A stretch of 64,000 nt of DNA from Stegostoma tigrinum (taxonomy: Eukaryota). A program made the position numbers and the translations under genes. The DNA lies in contig NC_081355.1 of NCBI RefSeq assembly GCF_030684315.1, positions 123,867,237 to 123,931,236 on the forward strand. The letters run 5' to 3'. Numbering within the stretch: position 1 is the first letter of the stretch; the number at the start of each line of letters is the position of its first letter. Shown here in pieces: positions 26,501 through 41,500 of this stretch. Under the pieces are notes generated by a model that worked only from the letters and a program-made list of their open reading frames with translations, did no database searches and had not been told where the DNA came from.

Positions 26501-29500
26501 GATATTGATCTCTCTATTCAGTTCAATCTGAGCTGTCTGTGTTGATGACTAACATCCTAAGTTTGTCCTCAGTGCAGTAACTAATTTTGAGATCTTGTTT
26601 TTCACTTTATAACCTAACTCTGGAGCTGAGACATAGTAAGAACTGCCAATGCTGGAGTCAGATAAATGTGGAGCTGGAGGAACACAGCAGGCCAGGCAGC
26701 ATCAGAGGAACAGAAAAACTGATGCTTTGGGTCAGGACTCTTCAGAAATAGGGGAGGGGGAAGGGGGCTCTGAAATAGAGGGAGGCGGGATGGAGCTGGG
26801 GAAGATAGGTGGGATGGTGATACGCGAGTGCAGGTAGGCAGTGGTGGGGATTGATCAATGAGGTGGGAGGAGCGAGTAGGCGGGAGAGATGATGGACAAG
26901 TCAGGGAGGTGGGGATGAGAGGGATGGTTGGTCGTGAGATGAGGCTGGGGGTGGGGAGATTTTGAAACTGGTAAAGTCCGTGCTGAGACTATTGGGTTGT
27001 AGGCTCCCAAGACAGAATGTGAGGTGCTGTTCCTCCAGTTTCCGGGTGATGTGACACTGGAGAAGGCCTGGGATGGACATGTACAGGAAGTGGGAGGGGG
27101 GTTGAAGTGGTTCACGACAGGAAGGTGTTGTCATTTGTCATGAAACGAGTGCAGGCGCTCGACAAAGCAGTCTACTTTCTTTACAGGTGACTATATTACA
27201 TTAATGACCCCTAGTTCTGGTCTCTGTCTGCAATTGGAATTATTATCTCTATGTCATTGTTTTAAAGATCTTCTACCAAGATATCCCTCAGTCATGTCTT
27301 TCAAGTCGCAACAGAGTCATAGGATAAAATTGTTTCCTCTCACTCGTGCTCATTTGGTGGCAACGAGAGATTTTAATTAAGCATGCGGGTGGCCTTAGGA
27401 GATCCTGCAGCCTTTCCTTCTCACTCATCAGTGTCTGCTTAGGCTTCACGAGATGAAGTCCTTAATGTTGACCCAGCAATACATGGGAAGCTCACAATGC
27501 AGGGAACGTATTTTCCTGGGAAGGGGGAGACTTTGTTCAAAAGAATTTGGTTCCTAATTGAGGGAACTGGCATCAGGAATGGTGGTGTATACTGACAGCT
27601 GTCACCCTGACCGTGCTACTTTCACCATGACCCTCACCTCAATTCCTTGATCCGGGAGCTTTGTTGGATGTAGTCGTTGGCACCAACTATTAAAACCATA
27701 GCCTAAACGTTGGTGAGCTGGAGTCCGGACACTTATTTTTGTAGTACAGAGTTTTATTTCAACTTGCATAAAAAAAATTCCAATAATGTTGATTGTTTGT
27801 TCACCGTGTCAATGTCCAGTCAAGTTCTCACCACTTAATTAACACACAGTTATATGCTCCTAGTTTCACTTGGTTTTTGGCATCACTGTCAAACTCTAGT
27901 AAATAATAACACCAACCACTGCCTTCCTAATGACGCTGCTGAATGCCAAGAGCTGCCAGCCTCTCATGCCTGACAGCTGCCGGGTGGCATTTCTGCCTCT
28001 GGAGTTCTTCATCCCGTAGAACACTTGCCATTAACCTGTTGAATGCCTGAGTGGCAAAGGTTGGGGTGGGCCTTCCCCAAACAAAGGTGATGAGAGGGTC
28101 TACCTGACCAATGGATCCCTTTTGCCACCGTAAGATTCTTCCCCCAATTGACTAACCAGAAATAGCTTACAGATAAGAATGCACTATAATAGCATTATTG
28201 TACTCCATATCTTACATGCCACAATTATGTGGATTTTTGTGGTCAGTTGTCAAGCTCCTCATTGACCTCGAACAAAGTTTACAAATTTGATACCAAATCA
28301 GAGGTGTCTTAGTGTGCAGCAGCAGGAATAAACAGCTAATCAAATCTGAAATACTGTTTCAAAGCAAGGTACAAAGTTAGAAATACTTAAAATCCTTAAT
28401 TTTTGATAGAACTTTAATGTAGCAAAATAAATATAAGCTCTGTTAAGGTAGAGTTAAAGTAAAAGTAGAGACTTTTCAAAAGGGTTTTTTATTTAAAATG
28501 TCAGTTTTGTTAACCATGGTAGATATTTCCACAAATAAGAAATTAGGTTTTAAGAGTCAGTAAGACATTGGTAATAATGGAGGACAGTTTGTTGAACAAG
28601 TTGTAACTTATTCCATGATTTTCAGAACTAGATTCACAATTTAGAATCAATTTTTTTTGTCAGTCCATGATTGTAAGGTAATTAGCAGAGCCTGGTAATC
28701 TCCATGCCACACCCCATGGGAGAACATAGATTTAGTTATTGAAAACACCTGAAAGTTCTGTTCATGTCAGTGGAATAGTGGAGTAGACCTCAGTCATTCA
28801 CTGAATCCATTCTGATTTCACTGTGGTAATGTTTGAGTAGTTGTTTACTATTTATAAACTCAAGCAACTTGATCGTTTTTTAGTGAGCCTCTTTTCTGAT
28901 TGTTGCCTCTGATCCTTCCAATTTGTATTCTTTACTTTGTATCTGCTATTATCTTTTGCAATTTATTTTTTAATTCTTAACACTAAATAATAAATAAGTA
29001 GAATGAATAATTATAAATGGACTTGGGGATTGCCCTTTTGAAAATAAAATTTAGGACTATTCAAGAAGGGGAGATCCTGACTGACCAACCACCATGAGTT
29101 TGATGGATGCTGCTATTGCTACTCCAGCTAGGGGTCAAAAAAATGCAAGTGCTGCTATTTTGGATCACTATTTTCACGTACCTCGGCCAGTTCAGGAGCA
29201 CATACTTACAATAAACTATGGGGAATATTTCTGGATCCGGGGCTTGCCCGGTCTGCTTTAAGTCTTTGGACTTTGTCCAGTGAAAAAAAATCAAAGAGCA
29301 TCAATCAGCATTTTTTCAAATTACTTAACAATAATAATTTATGACTATTGTAGCACCTGATATAGATTAGCTGAGATCAAAATCGAATTACTAAAATTCC
29401 AGAGAGATTGCCTTGGATTTAGAAGTAGATTGATCTTCATAATAGTGCATCAGGGAAGTCGCCCAACTCATTTTTTACACTGTATCTGCTAGAAAATATT

Positions 29501-32500
29501 TTGCCTTGTCTGTGTGTTCGTAACAATCAATATTGTGAACCGAATGAATACCCTGTATGATCAGGAGAGTATCACTTCATTTGAGCCTTGAATTCAGTAA
29601 TATGAACTCTTGATGACTCCAGCTGTTTGAGTCCTTTCCTCCAGAATTTTTCAGGAGGCCAAGGCTTTCAATTTCTTTCTGGAGATGTAATATTGTCTCT
29701 AACAACTACCTTGGCTCCTTCTCATGAGAGAATTGGCAAAAGTCCCTTCTTGTGGTTATTCTCCAAGAACATGGCAATTTGATTTGTAACGTGAAACAAG
29801 AATCTGGTCATCCAACAGGGAGCTATTGAATCATGACTTAAGTTCTCTGGCAGAACACCTATGGAAAGGGTAAAGGGCACAGTGTTCTATCTCACAGTTG
29901 ACCCAGTTTCGCATCTTTGATAATGACAAACTAGGGAATGTGGATATATTGGGACTGGGGAGTTGTTGATTCAGAAACATGAGTTAGAACAGAGTCAAAA
30001 ATCAGGGTTGTCAGATTGTACACATACATCATAAGTGCAAGACTTGCATCTGGGCAGCTGTGTTAAAGGTCGTGTACTTTTTGCAAATATTGCATGCACA
30101 CAGTTTAGTAAATGATTCACTGCAGGATTGAGAATGCTGTAAAATGTCTTGCAAGTATATGGTTTAATGCCAGAAAAGAAAAGATCTCTGCTAAAAATTT
30201 AATGTTTGAACATAACTACTAGCAACTCGATTGATCAGCTTCTCTTATAGCAGAAGCCCTATTCAGACAGTTCCGTTCCAGAGGCTTGCTTATCATAAGC
30301 CATGGAGAAATGTTCTGAATTATGAACAGTAACCCCAACATGTATTTACAATTGACAAATAGTGACATTGACAAGATCTAAAATAATGCAGGAAGTGCTA
30401 TTAGAAACTGAAGTTAACTGCACATTCTTTGTGTGTTTGTCCAGTTTTTTTTTGGTGCATTTAAAATTGTGGTTTGAGTGGTGGCAATCTGTGGAGAATT
30501 GAAAGTGAATTTTGACCACTGGTAACAATGTCAAAAAGTGCAAGCAACTTTTCACATTATATACAGACAATGCAAGTTTTAAACTTGTTTGCAAAAGCAG
30601 CCGCAATTACAGACCTACGGAGCAGAAATAGACATTGGCTCACCTTTTCCAACTTGCTCGCTGTCTTTACGCTTACCAGAAAATTATGACATCAATTCAC
30701 CATTATAGGGCCAGGAAGTACAGCAATTTAAGTATGGTGTTCATTATCAATTTCACCATTGAAGTGAATTCTGAGACTTGACTTTTAACACCTCATTACG
30801 TTTGATAAATCTATTCTGATGTTTCTTGGAAAAAAAAAACTTTAACCTCAGTTGACCACCAGAAACTAGGTAGGTGCTTAGCCAAACTCGGCTTCACCCT
30901 CAACAACTTCTCTTCCAATTCCTCCCACTTTCTACAGACACAGGGGGTGGCCATGGGTACTTGCATGGGCCCAAGCTATACCTGCCTCTTTGTAGGTTAC
31001 GTGGAACAATCCCTCTTCCGTACCTACACTGACCCTAAACCCTATCTCTTCCTTTATTACGTTGATGACTGTATCGGTGCTGCGTTGTGCTCCCACGAGG
31101 AGCTTGAACAGTTCATACACTTCACCAACATCTTCCACCTCAACCTTCAGTTCACCTGGACCATCTCTAATACCTTTCTCTCCTTCCTGGACACACCTGT
31201 CTCCATCTCGGGCAACCACTTGGAAACCAACATCCATTTCAAACTAGTATCAGAGATAATGGGAACTGCAGATGCTGGAGATTCCAAGATAATAAAATGT
31301 GAGGCTGGATGAACACAGCAGGCCAAGCAGCATCTCAGGAGCACAAAAACAAACAACTGCACCTCCCAGTCGCAAACCATTTCCACTCCCCCTCCCATTC
31401 TCTTGATGACATGTCCATCATGGGCCTCCTGCACTGCCACAATGATGCCACCCGAAGGTTGCAGGAACAGCAACTCATATTCCGCCTGGGAACCCTGCAG
31501 CCATATGGTATCAATGTGGACTTCACCAGTTTCAAAATCTCCCCTTCCCCCACTGCATCCCTAAACCAGCCCAGTTCATCCCCTCCCCCCACTGCACCAC
31601 ACAACCAGCCCAGCTCTTCCCCCCCACCCACTGCATCCCAAAACCAGTCCAACCTGTCTCTGCCTCCCTAACCGGTTCTTCCTCTCACCCATCCCTTCCT
31701 CCCACCCCAAGCCGCACCCCCAGCTACCTACTAACCTCATCCCACCTCCTTGACCTGTCCGTCTTCCCTGGACTGACCTATCCCCTCCCTACCTCCCCAC
31801 CCACACCTTCTCCACCTATCTTCTTTACTCTCCATCTTCGGTCCGCCTCCCCCTCTCTCCCTATTTATTCCAGTTCCCTCCCCCCATCCCCCTCTCTGAT
31901 GAAGGGTCTAGGCCCGAAACGTCAGCTTTTGTGCTCCTGAGATGCTGCTTGGCCTGCTGTGTTCATCCAGCCTCACATTTTATTATCTTGGAATCTCCAG
32001 CATCTGCAGTTCCCATTATCTCTCACATTTTATTATCCATTTCAAACTCACTGACTCCCACAGCTACCTAGAATACACCTCCTCCCACCCGCCTTCCTGC
32101 AAAAATGCCATCTCCTATTCCCAATTCTTTCCCCTCTGCCGCATCTGCTCGCAGGATGAGGCATTCCACTCCCGTACATCTCAGATGTCCTCGTTCTTCA
32201 AGGACCGCAACTTCCCTTCCCTCTGTGATCGACAACACCCTTGACTGTGTCTCCCAATTTCCTGGCAACTCATCCCTCACACCCCCTCCCCACAATAACA
32301 ACCAAAACAGAATCCTGTTTGTCCTCATGTGCCACCCCACCAACTTCTGGATTCAATGCAACATTCTCTGACACTTCCACTATGTTCAATCCGACCCCAA
32401 CACCAAAGACATTTTTTCCTCCCCACCCTTACCGGCTTTCCAGAGGGACCACTCTCTCGGTGAATCCCTTATCCGCTCCACACTCTCCCCTAGCCCCACC

Positions 32501-35500
32501 ACACCTGGCACTTTTACCTGCAACTGCAGGAAGTGCAGCACCTGCCTGTACACCCCGCCCCTATCCCAGGCCCCAAGAAGACTTTCTACATCAAGCAGAT
32601 GTTCACCTGCACGTATGCTTATGTAATATGCTGCATCCGGTGTTCCCGTTGTGGCCTCCTCTACAACGGGGATACCAAGCAGAGGCTTGGGGACTGTTTT
32701 GCAGAACACCTACGCTTGGTTCGTACTAAACAACTGCACCTCCCAGTCGCGAACAATTTCAACTCCCCCTCCCAATCCTCAGATGACATGTCCATCCTGG
32801 GCCACCTGCAGTGCGACAACGATGCTACCCGAAGGTTGCAGGAACAGCATCTGATATTCTGCTTGGGAACCTTGCAGCCCAATGGTATCAATGTGAACTT
32901 CAAAATCTCCCCTCCCCTTACTGCATTCCACAGCCAGCCCAGCTCGTTCCGGCCTCCCTAACCTGTCCTTCTTCCCACCTATCCCCTCCTCCCACCTCAA
33001 GCCCCACTGCCATCTCCTACCTACTAACCTCATGCTGCTGCCATTCTGTCCGTCCTCCCTGGACTGACCTATCCCCTCTCTAATTCCCCACCTACACTCA
33101 CCTTTTACTGGCTCCATCCCCACCTCTTTGACCTGTCTGTCTCCTCTCCACGTATCTTCTCCTCTATCCATCTTCTATCTGCTTCCCCCTCTCTCCCTAT
33201 TTATTTCAGAACCCCCTTCCCCTCCTCTATTTCTGAAGAAGGGTTTAGGCCCGAAACGTCAGCCGTCCAGCTCCTCTGATGCTGCTTGGCCTACTGTGTT
33301 CATCCAGCTCTAACCTTGTTATCTCAGAGGTTAGGGTGTCTTGGTTTGACCTGCCGTTGTAGTTTTTCTTCATAAATATTTTGTTTGTAAACATAGAAAA
33401 ATTATCATTCCTAAATTTTTTTGGTTTGGATATGACTCTGGCTAAATATGTAGCAAAATGCATGATTGGTTTACCAATTTTCTGCCAATTTTTTTTGTTC
33501 CCCATTTCTCTGAAGTTATGGCCTTTTATAATTCCACAGACAATAATATTTTGTCCTTAAACTGTGAACACCTTAGTTCATTCGTAAACTTTGCATGCTA
33601 AACTGAAAGAATTTTAATGCTCAGTGTGGTCTGTTGTGAAGTTTGGAATCAGTTCAGTATGCAAACATAAAAATCTAAGCTTAATAAAAACTGAAAGAAC
33701 TGTAGATGCTCTAAATCAGGAACAAAAACAGAAGTTGCTGGAAAAGCTCAGCAGGTCTGGCAGCGTCTGTGAAGAGAAAAAAATCAGAGTCAGCGTTTCT
33801 GTTCCAGTGACCCTTCCTCAGAATGGAACCTTCTAACTTAATTGACTGAACAAGCATATATCTATTTATGACATTTCAGTTTTTTAGGCACAAATTGTGA
33901 CTGTTTCTTGACTTGAGATTTTGCTAATACCTTTTGTTTAGTCTGACAAGTCCATACAAAATGTTTTGTATTCAGCAGTAAATGTTCACATCTGTAAACG
34001 TTGTATGCTATGACTGTAAAATTTAAAAAAGCGATTGATCCTTATGCTGCAAATGTATTTTTGAAATACCAAGTGGAAATCTTTTGCGCAGTTTACAGTA
34101 CAGTTTAGATGTTATCAATAAACACTGAATATCACTATTTTGCTAACATCAATATCTGTTCATTTGAATATTGTAATTAAAATATTCAATTTCTCATGAA
34201 TAGTTTTATATTTGGACTGTTTAACAACATTGCAAAAGTTGCATCAATCGCATAGTAAATAATGGCCCCCAGAACCTAGTTACTTCAATGTTTCATAGAT
34301 TTGTGAATTATTTTTGGAGCCTCACAATGCAGCGTGTGAAATATATTTTAACAATGTCCGGAGGCTAAAGAGTGATTCTATGCACCATATTGTCTGATAC
34401 AAAAATGATTAAATAAAAAGCCTCACAAATGGAAGTGATTTTCATAGCTTAGTGGGAAATGTAATGTGTCCTGATTGAGGTTAAGAATTTATGGCGATAG
34501 TTATTTATATACATGTGTGCATGCTTGCGTGGAGATGCATACGTCTACATATGTATGTGATATTTAACAATTGAGCAAACGTAATATCATGCAGGCTATT
34601 GGAACTTCAAATGAATAGGGGAAAAAATTCTCTGCAGTGATATTTTATCTATGTTTGACTACGTGAGTAGAATTTGTCTTTGAGGCTATTATTTTAGTGC
34701 AAGAAAATTATGTTCAAGTTACTTTGTTAATTTTTGACAATCTGAATCTTCACGATGTTTTTCATGTGCAGCGTGGTGATTATTGACATTTATTGACATT
34801 TTGTTGAAGTACCACCATGAAAGGTAGATAAAAGGGAATCAGCTGTAATATGTTGGGATTTCTAAAAATCAATGGATAAGGTAGTGTGCGTAAGACTGCT
34901 AAACAAAATAAGACCCCACAGTTTTGGGGATAGTATACTAGCATGGATAGAAAATTAGCTATTAGCAAACAGAGTTATGATAAAAGGGGTGTTTGCAAAA
35001 TGGTTTTTTATAACTAGTAGAGTGCCAAGGGAATCAGTGCTGGGGCCACAGTTATTTATGATATATTGTTGTGATCCCCACTTGCTTGTTACTGAACAAA
35101 TAGATCCTGAAGTGGAATTTGGCTTGATAGATAATATTTTGTTACTTTGCTTGGTTTTACTTGAACACAAGCCTGTAATGCTACAGATTTGGTTTTAAGA
35201 GAACAAATTTATTATGCAGAAGTATAATAAATCAAACTGTTTACATGTAATGCTGTTAAGATTTTGAAGCACATGGTAAAATATAATCCTGTTGATCTCA
35301 AAAACACTGCACACCAGAGAAAATTCCCATGTTTTTCACAATTTTTAAGGCTTAATTTAACTTCGGCTTCAATTCCCAGTTGTGAGAAGTTGATGGCCTT
35401 TTCCTAGAGCCTTGATGCAACTGAGTTCAGACATTCTCAGCTTCAAATAATTCCTCCTTGCTTGTAACCAAATATGTCTGGTCTGGAACTATTTAAACTG

Positions 35501-38500
35501 CTTACACTGAGGTAATTTATTTCTTAACAGTTCAAAAACATCTCCTTTGGTAAAGAACGACTGAATAACACATCCAATTTCAGCGAATACTTCTGCAAAG
35601 CTGCTAAACAGAAACCCAGAAGCATTTTTCTAAGCAATGGGTGTTTCCCCTAATTCCAAAAGAATTCCGGGATCTTTTATTTGAATGCAACGCTGTTCAC
35701 TTTACTTGTCAACTATCCCCACATAGACAAATTTCTGTCGGTCTCCTCCAGCTCTCTTTTGTTGACTGATAATTTTGTTTTTAGAAATCACCACAGCTAC
35801 GGAAATACTTACAAGTTAATCATTTAAACCCCTTCAGACATAGTCCAAAACTCTATTACATTTGTTCAAAATCCAAACACAAAGTAAAGGATATCTCTTA
35901 CCTTGCATCACACTGTATTAATCGTGAGGGAAATAGAGCCACTATTGCCACATTTGAGGATGACATGTAAAATGGGTGGGAAGGCAAGGGATGTGGATGA
36001 CACCGTATACAGACCTGCTAAGTGAGTGGGCAGAAACTTGGCAGATAGAATATTTGGTGAAAAAAAATGAGATTATACTCTTTGACATGAAGAAAAGAAC
36101 AGCTGAATGTTATTTAAATAGAAAAAGACCGCAGAAAGCTACAGTACAGAGGGATTTGGAGTCCTTGTATATAAATCTCAAAAAGCTAGTGTTCAGATCA
36201 GCAGGTAGTAGGAAAGTCGAATAGAATGGTGAACCTTAATTCAATAGGAATGAGATATAAAACCGGTTAGTCTTGACACTAGCGTAGAAGCCACTGGTCA
36301 GGCCACATCTAGGATAAAGAGTAATTTTTATCCTCTTGCCCATTGGAAGCAGTTCACCAGGTCGATTTCCGTACTTTGGTGGATTATCTGCTGAGGAGAA
36401 GTTGAATAGGTTGGGCCTATCGTCATTGAATTTTTGAGGTGTGAGAGGCAAATTTATTGAAATATATTGGGATTTTAGATGGTTTGACAGGGTAGATGTG
36501 GAGAGGTTGTTTTCCCTTTGTGGAAGGACATGATCTTGGTAAGGGATCAAACTGTTAAAGACACAGATATGGAAGACTTCCTTTTTAGAAGGTAACAAAC
36601 CTGTGGAATTCCTCGCTGTAAAGGACTGTAGCAGCTGGGTGCTTAAGAATATTCAAGGCTTGTATTCCTTTTTAACCAGTAAGGAATTAACAGGAAGAGA
36701 TAGGAAAGTGGAATTGAGGATTATCATGTCAGTCATGATTTCACTAAAAATTGAACACACTGCAGGGTATGAATACCCTGATTCTGCTCCCATGCCATAC
36801 GTCTTTTAGACCATTGCAAGGATGAAAATATCTCATTCTGGCAAAGGAGCCTATTTATTGAATGAGAGTTGAATTGGCCTTGTGCTCCAATGCAGAATGG
36901 AATGTATGAAAAATCATTTTGTAAATCATGGCTTGGCTACTGTTTGTAATATAAACAGTTCAGGTCTGTATTGCTCAAAAATTACTTTTGAAGAAATGTA
37001 CAGGCAATGTTGGCAAATTTTCTCAGTCTCAAACAGCAGCATGACACCTGATAATTTGATTTTGTCTTATAAGCGAGGGATAAATTTTGGTCAGGGGACT
37101 GGGAGAACTCACTGCTCACAGTAGCATAATGAAATCTTTTTTGTGCATCTGAGAGAGTAGACGAGGCTTCTGTTTAACATTTAATTTGGACTGTTCAGCA
37201 TAGTTAGTACTGCAGTAGGATGTCAGACTAGTCTCTGCTTGCCTCGTTTTGTGGTCAGAGGCACAGGAAGCCTAAATATATAAAAGACCTTTGTGCCATG
37301 GTTATGTGATTCTTGTGTCCTATTATAGGAAACTAATAATAAAAAAAAGATATAGAATAAATAGGAAAAATTGTATTTGTGAATCAAATTTGTTTTTCAT
37401 ACAGCCAGTGAGGTTAAGGGATAACTTCTGATGTTTGCAATATAAATAGTTCTGATTTGAATTTGACATTATCTGCCACAAAAGGTTGAAGCAAAATGAA
37501 TAAATTATTTTAAAATAAATAACACTTGCTCACCAATGTTTGATTTGGGAGTCATTATGCAAGACATATTCCAGAGATGAAGCAAGATGCTTTGCATCAA
37601 GGCACTTAACCAAATGTGATTTTGAGAAGAGTTTTTAAACGGAAGATGGTGTAAATTGAGGTTACACTATGAAACCATTTCCACTCCTCCTCCCATTCTC
37701 CAGATGACATGTCCATCATGGGCCTCCTGCACTGCCACAATGATGCCACCCGAAGGTTGCAGGAACAGCAACTCATATTCCGCCTGGGAATCCTGCAGCC
37801 ATATGGTATCAATGTGGACTTCACCAGTTTCAAAATCTCCCCTTTCCCTACTGCATCCCTAAACCAGCCTAGTTCGTCCCCTCCCCCGACTGCACCACAC
37901 AACCAGCCCAGCCCTTCCCCCCCCACCCACTGCATCCCAAAACCAGTCCAACCTGTCTCTGCCTCCCTAACCGGTTCTTCCTCTCACCCATCCCTTTCTC
38001 CCACCCCAAGCCGCACCCCCAGCTACCTACTAACCTCATCCCACCTCCTTGACCTGTCCGTCTTCCCTGGACTGACCTATCCCCTCCCTACCTCCCTACC
38101 TATACTCTCTCCACCTATCTTCTTTACTCTCCATCTTCGGTCCGCCTCCCCCTCTCTCCCTATTTATTCCAGTTCCCTCTCCCCATCCCCCTCTCTGATG
38201 AAGGGTCTAGGCCCGAAACGTCAGCTTTTGTGCTCCTGAGATGCTGCTTGGCCTGCTGTGTTCATCCAGCCTCACATTTTATTATCTTGGAATTCTCCAA
38301 CATCTGCAGTTCCCATTATCTCTCTCCTACACTGTGAAGTGGTTGGAATCATTCCTGGGACACAGGAAAGATGGTTGTGATGTGGCCAATAGTTTCAGTG
38401 CCTTGACATCACTGCACGGTTCCTCAAAGCAATGTCATCTGCTATTTCATCAGTAATGTTCTGTACATCATAAAGACTGAAATGGAACTGTTGATTAATG

Positions 38501-41500
38501 ATCACAGTTCGCTATCATTTTCAATTAAACAGATAATGTAGCAGTCTGTGCCCACAGCCTGCAACTTTTGGGCAGCGTCAAGCTGGGTTGAAAAGTGGAA
38601 AGTAACACTTGTGCTGCCAGGTAATGACCATTTCCAGCAAGAGAGATCTTGAATGCTTATGTTGATTTATAGTGATAATTGCAAACTGACCCATTTTCAA
38701 CATGCTGGTGAGTTACTATTGACCAGAAATTCAACATGACCAATCCCATGTATGGAATAGCTCCTATATTGGCGTCAGGAACTGGATATTTTGCAGGAAT
38801 CATTCAGCATCTGACCCCAGCCATCCCCCCAAAAAAAACTGACTCAACATACAAGGTACAAATTAAAAGTGTGACCAGACATTCTCTGCTTCTGTAGGTA
38901 CAGGTGCAATTTCAACCACATTCAAAGAATTCATCCAGATATATCAAGTGTCTTGATAGGTGACTGGTCCACTAATTTAACTAACCACATCCTCCACCCA
39001 CCACTGGCCACAGTGGTCTTGGTCACTGTGTATGTCTACAGGATGCACTGCAGCCTAGACATCTTCAGTAGCCTCTCATGAATTCAGAACCAACAGCAAC
39101 TCGAAAAACAAGAGTGGGATAGGGAAGCTGCATGGGAACACCTTCACCTCCAAGTTGCATACTATCCTGTCTTGGGCATGTACTGCTCTTTAGTGCTGGC
39201 TCAAAATCTTGGAAATTCTTCCATCATTGTGGAAGCACTCTGACCATGCTGACTCGGTGTTTCACAAGTAAAGCTCACTAACTTTTTTTTTGATAAAACC
39301 TACATCCCAAGAATGTTTCTCTTTTTTTTAAGAAGAGAGATATAAATAGTATGAGAAATAAGTACAAGAATAGGTTTAGACCAGGTGACACAAACTTGTT
39401 AAGCCTTTTATTGTGTGGTAATAAAGCTTAGCACCAAATTTGACCCTTAAACACATGTTGTCAGAATGCATGCTCTTCTGAAGCAGATCGGGCTACAGGT
39501 ACATTGGAGAGCACTAAAACTAATTTAGCAGCTAATGGTCACTTATCAATGAAAAGAAGTTTGCAATAGTTTAATCATTCCAATGAAATTTGGATTGAGG
39601 AAATGAATTTTGGTAGTCAGCCATCTCAAATTCAGGATATCACTGCAGGGGTTCCTCAAAGCTGCGCCCTAAGCCCAACCACCTTCAGCTGTTTCATCAA
39701 TGGCCTTCCCTGCATCGTATCATCAAAATCATACTTGCTGATTGTGCAGTGTTCAACACCATTCTCAGTTCCTCAGACTGAAGCAGTAAGTGTCCATATG
39801 GTGTATGACCTGAATAATATCCAGGCTTAGGCTGTCAAGTGGCAGTGTTTGCATGACCCAAGTGCTAGATAATGGCCATCTCCAACATCAGAGAGTATAG
39901 AAATTGCTCTTTGACAGTCATTTGACACTACGATCACCAAATCCTCCACTGTTGACATCCTGGGGTTTACCATTGACCAGAAATTGAACTGAAATAGCCA
40001 TATAAATGTGGCAAGAATAGGTCAGATGGGATGAACAGCTTAGTTTTTTTTTATATTTTCACGTGAGCAGAATTTAGTGTTAATATAAAAAGATGTGAAA
40101 GGGAGATTGTTGGAGATTGTTGAAGAGTGTAAATGTGGGAGTATGCAAAATTCATTCAGTCTAGAGTGGCCAAGTCAATAAAATGTGAGGCTGAATGAAC
40201 ACAGCAGGCCCAGCAGCATCTCAGGAGCACAAAAGCTGACGTTTCGGGCCTAGACCCTTCATCAGAGTTTATTTTAGCCTGTCTTTGGCAATGCTTTAGT
40301 TACCTCAAACTTCTTTCTTCACCTTTTTAAAACATTTACTGAGCTGGGTTTTCTGATATTAATAGATCCAGTGAATACCTACTTCTTACCAACTGCATCT
40401 GTTCGTTTGTGCCGAATGAGTAATGTCTGAATGAGTCAAAATTTAGTGCAAACCCAGTGTTTAACTCCCAGTGCCAGGGTGCTACCTGATCAGGCTTTAG
40501 TATGGGTTGGTTCTAGATTTACCAAATCGTCATTGGAGATCCTGATGCCACCATTCAGCAAAGTACAAATCCTAAAATAAAAGGCCTTTGCGAGTATGCG
40601 GTAAACCTAATTTATAATACAAACAAATTCTTGCCAGTTAAGGAATTTGCATTACCTGAAATTGTGTACTGAGAAGTTTCCCTACCTTTTAAATGATCTG
40701 AACAAACTGCCAGAATGATTTCTTTCAGATATAAGCTTATCAAAGACAATATCTAGAAGTACAAAAATAAAATTCTGTGAAAGCTAGAAATAAAAGGAAA
40801 AAGTGCTGTTAATAATCAGCAGGGCAAGTATTATCTGTGGAGAGAAAGTTAAAATTTGATATTACTATTCATTAGAAAGTACGAAAGTTCAGAGAGCCAA
40901 TTGAAGCAGTTCCCCTTGTCACGATCCACTCTTTGCTAAATCTTTGCTTAATTCTGATAACTTGAGCTTTGTATACTTAGATAGGTTTGAAAGTCATCAA
41001 GTATACCACAAATAATTCATAGAATGAGCGATAGCCTTTCACAGCCCTGGAGTTAGCATGTGATTAAATTGGTTTTTGTTCACCCTTCTGCTTGTACAAG
41101 TATTCATGTCTTCTGCTATGAATATTGCTAAATCTAGATAGAGTTTCTGATTTCAGCTCTAATTTTGAGGAATGATTAGAATCAAGGGCATATGTACTAG
41201 CTTAGCTGTAATGATTTCCTTGCTACTAAGAATGTCTTATTGTTTATAAATCTTTTCACCCTCTGGAACCAGTTATGTTACATATGGATCACTATCAGAA
41301 CTCTCGCTGTCAAAATTGAAGGAGTTGAGGAAAAACCTGTCCCACCCATCCTTTCTGTTTAATTGCTTCTGTATCCTTCAAGTAAAATTCTTGGATTGGC
41401 TCAACTTCACATTTCATTCTTGACAATTTAGACAAACTTTTGGACCGTTCACTATGCAATTAATCTCCTTAACATTCCATGAGATCATTTTTTAAAAATC

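Larger units (their letters stand above)
30880..33328 (+). mobile_element. Long Neptune-like PLE (RT core, linker, GIY-YIG, pLTR), interrupted by a young PLE
   Basis: [20 protein letters not shown] (RT), CNCRKCSTC cysteine linker (typical of the Neptune clade) and [18 protein letters not shown]. Confidence 0.92.

Noticed and set aside
29055-29084. Alternative or poison RAB18 exon beginning ag|GAC
   Set aside because: There is no polypyrimidine tract and no clear donor.
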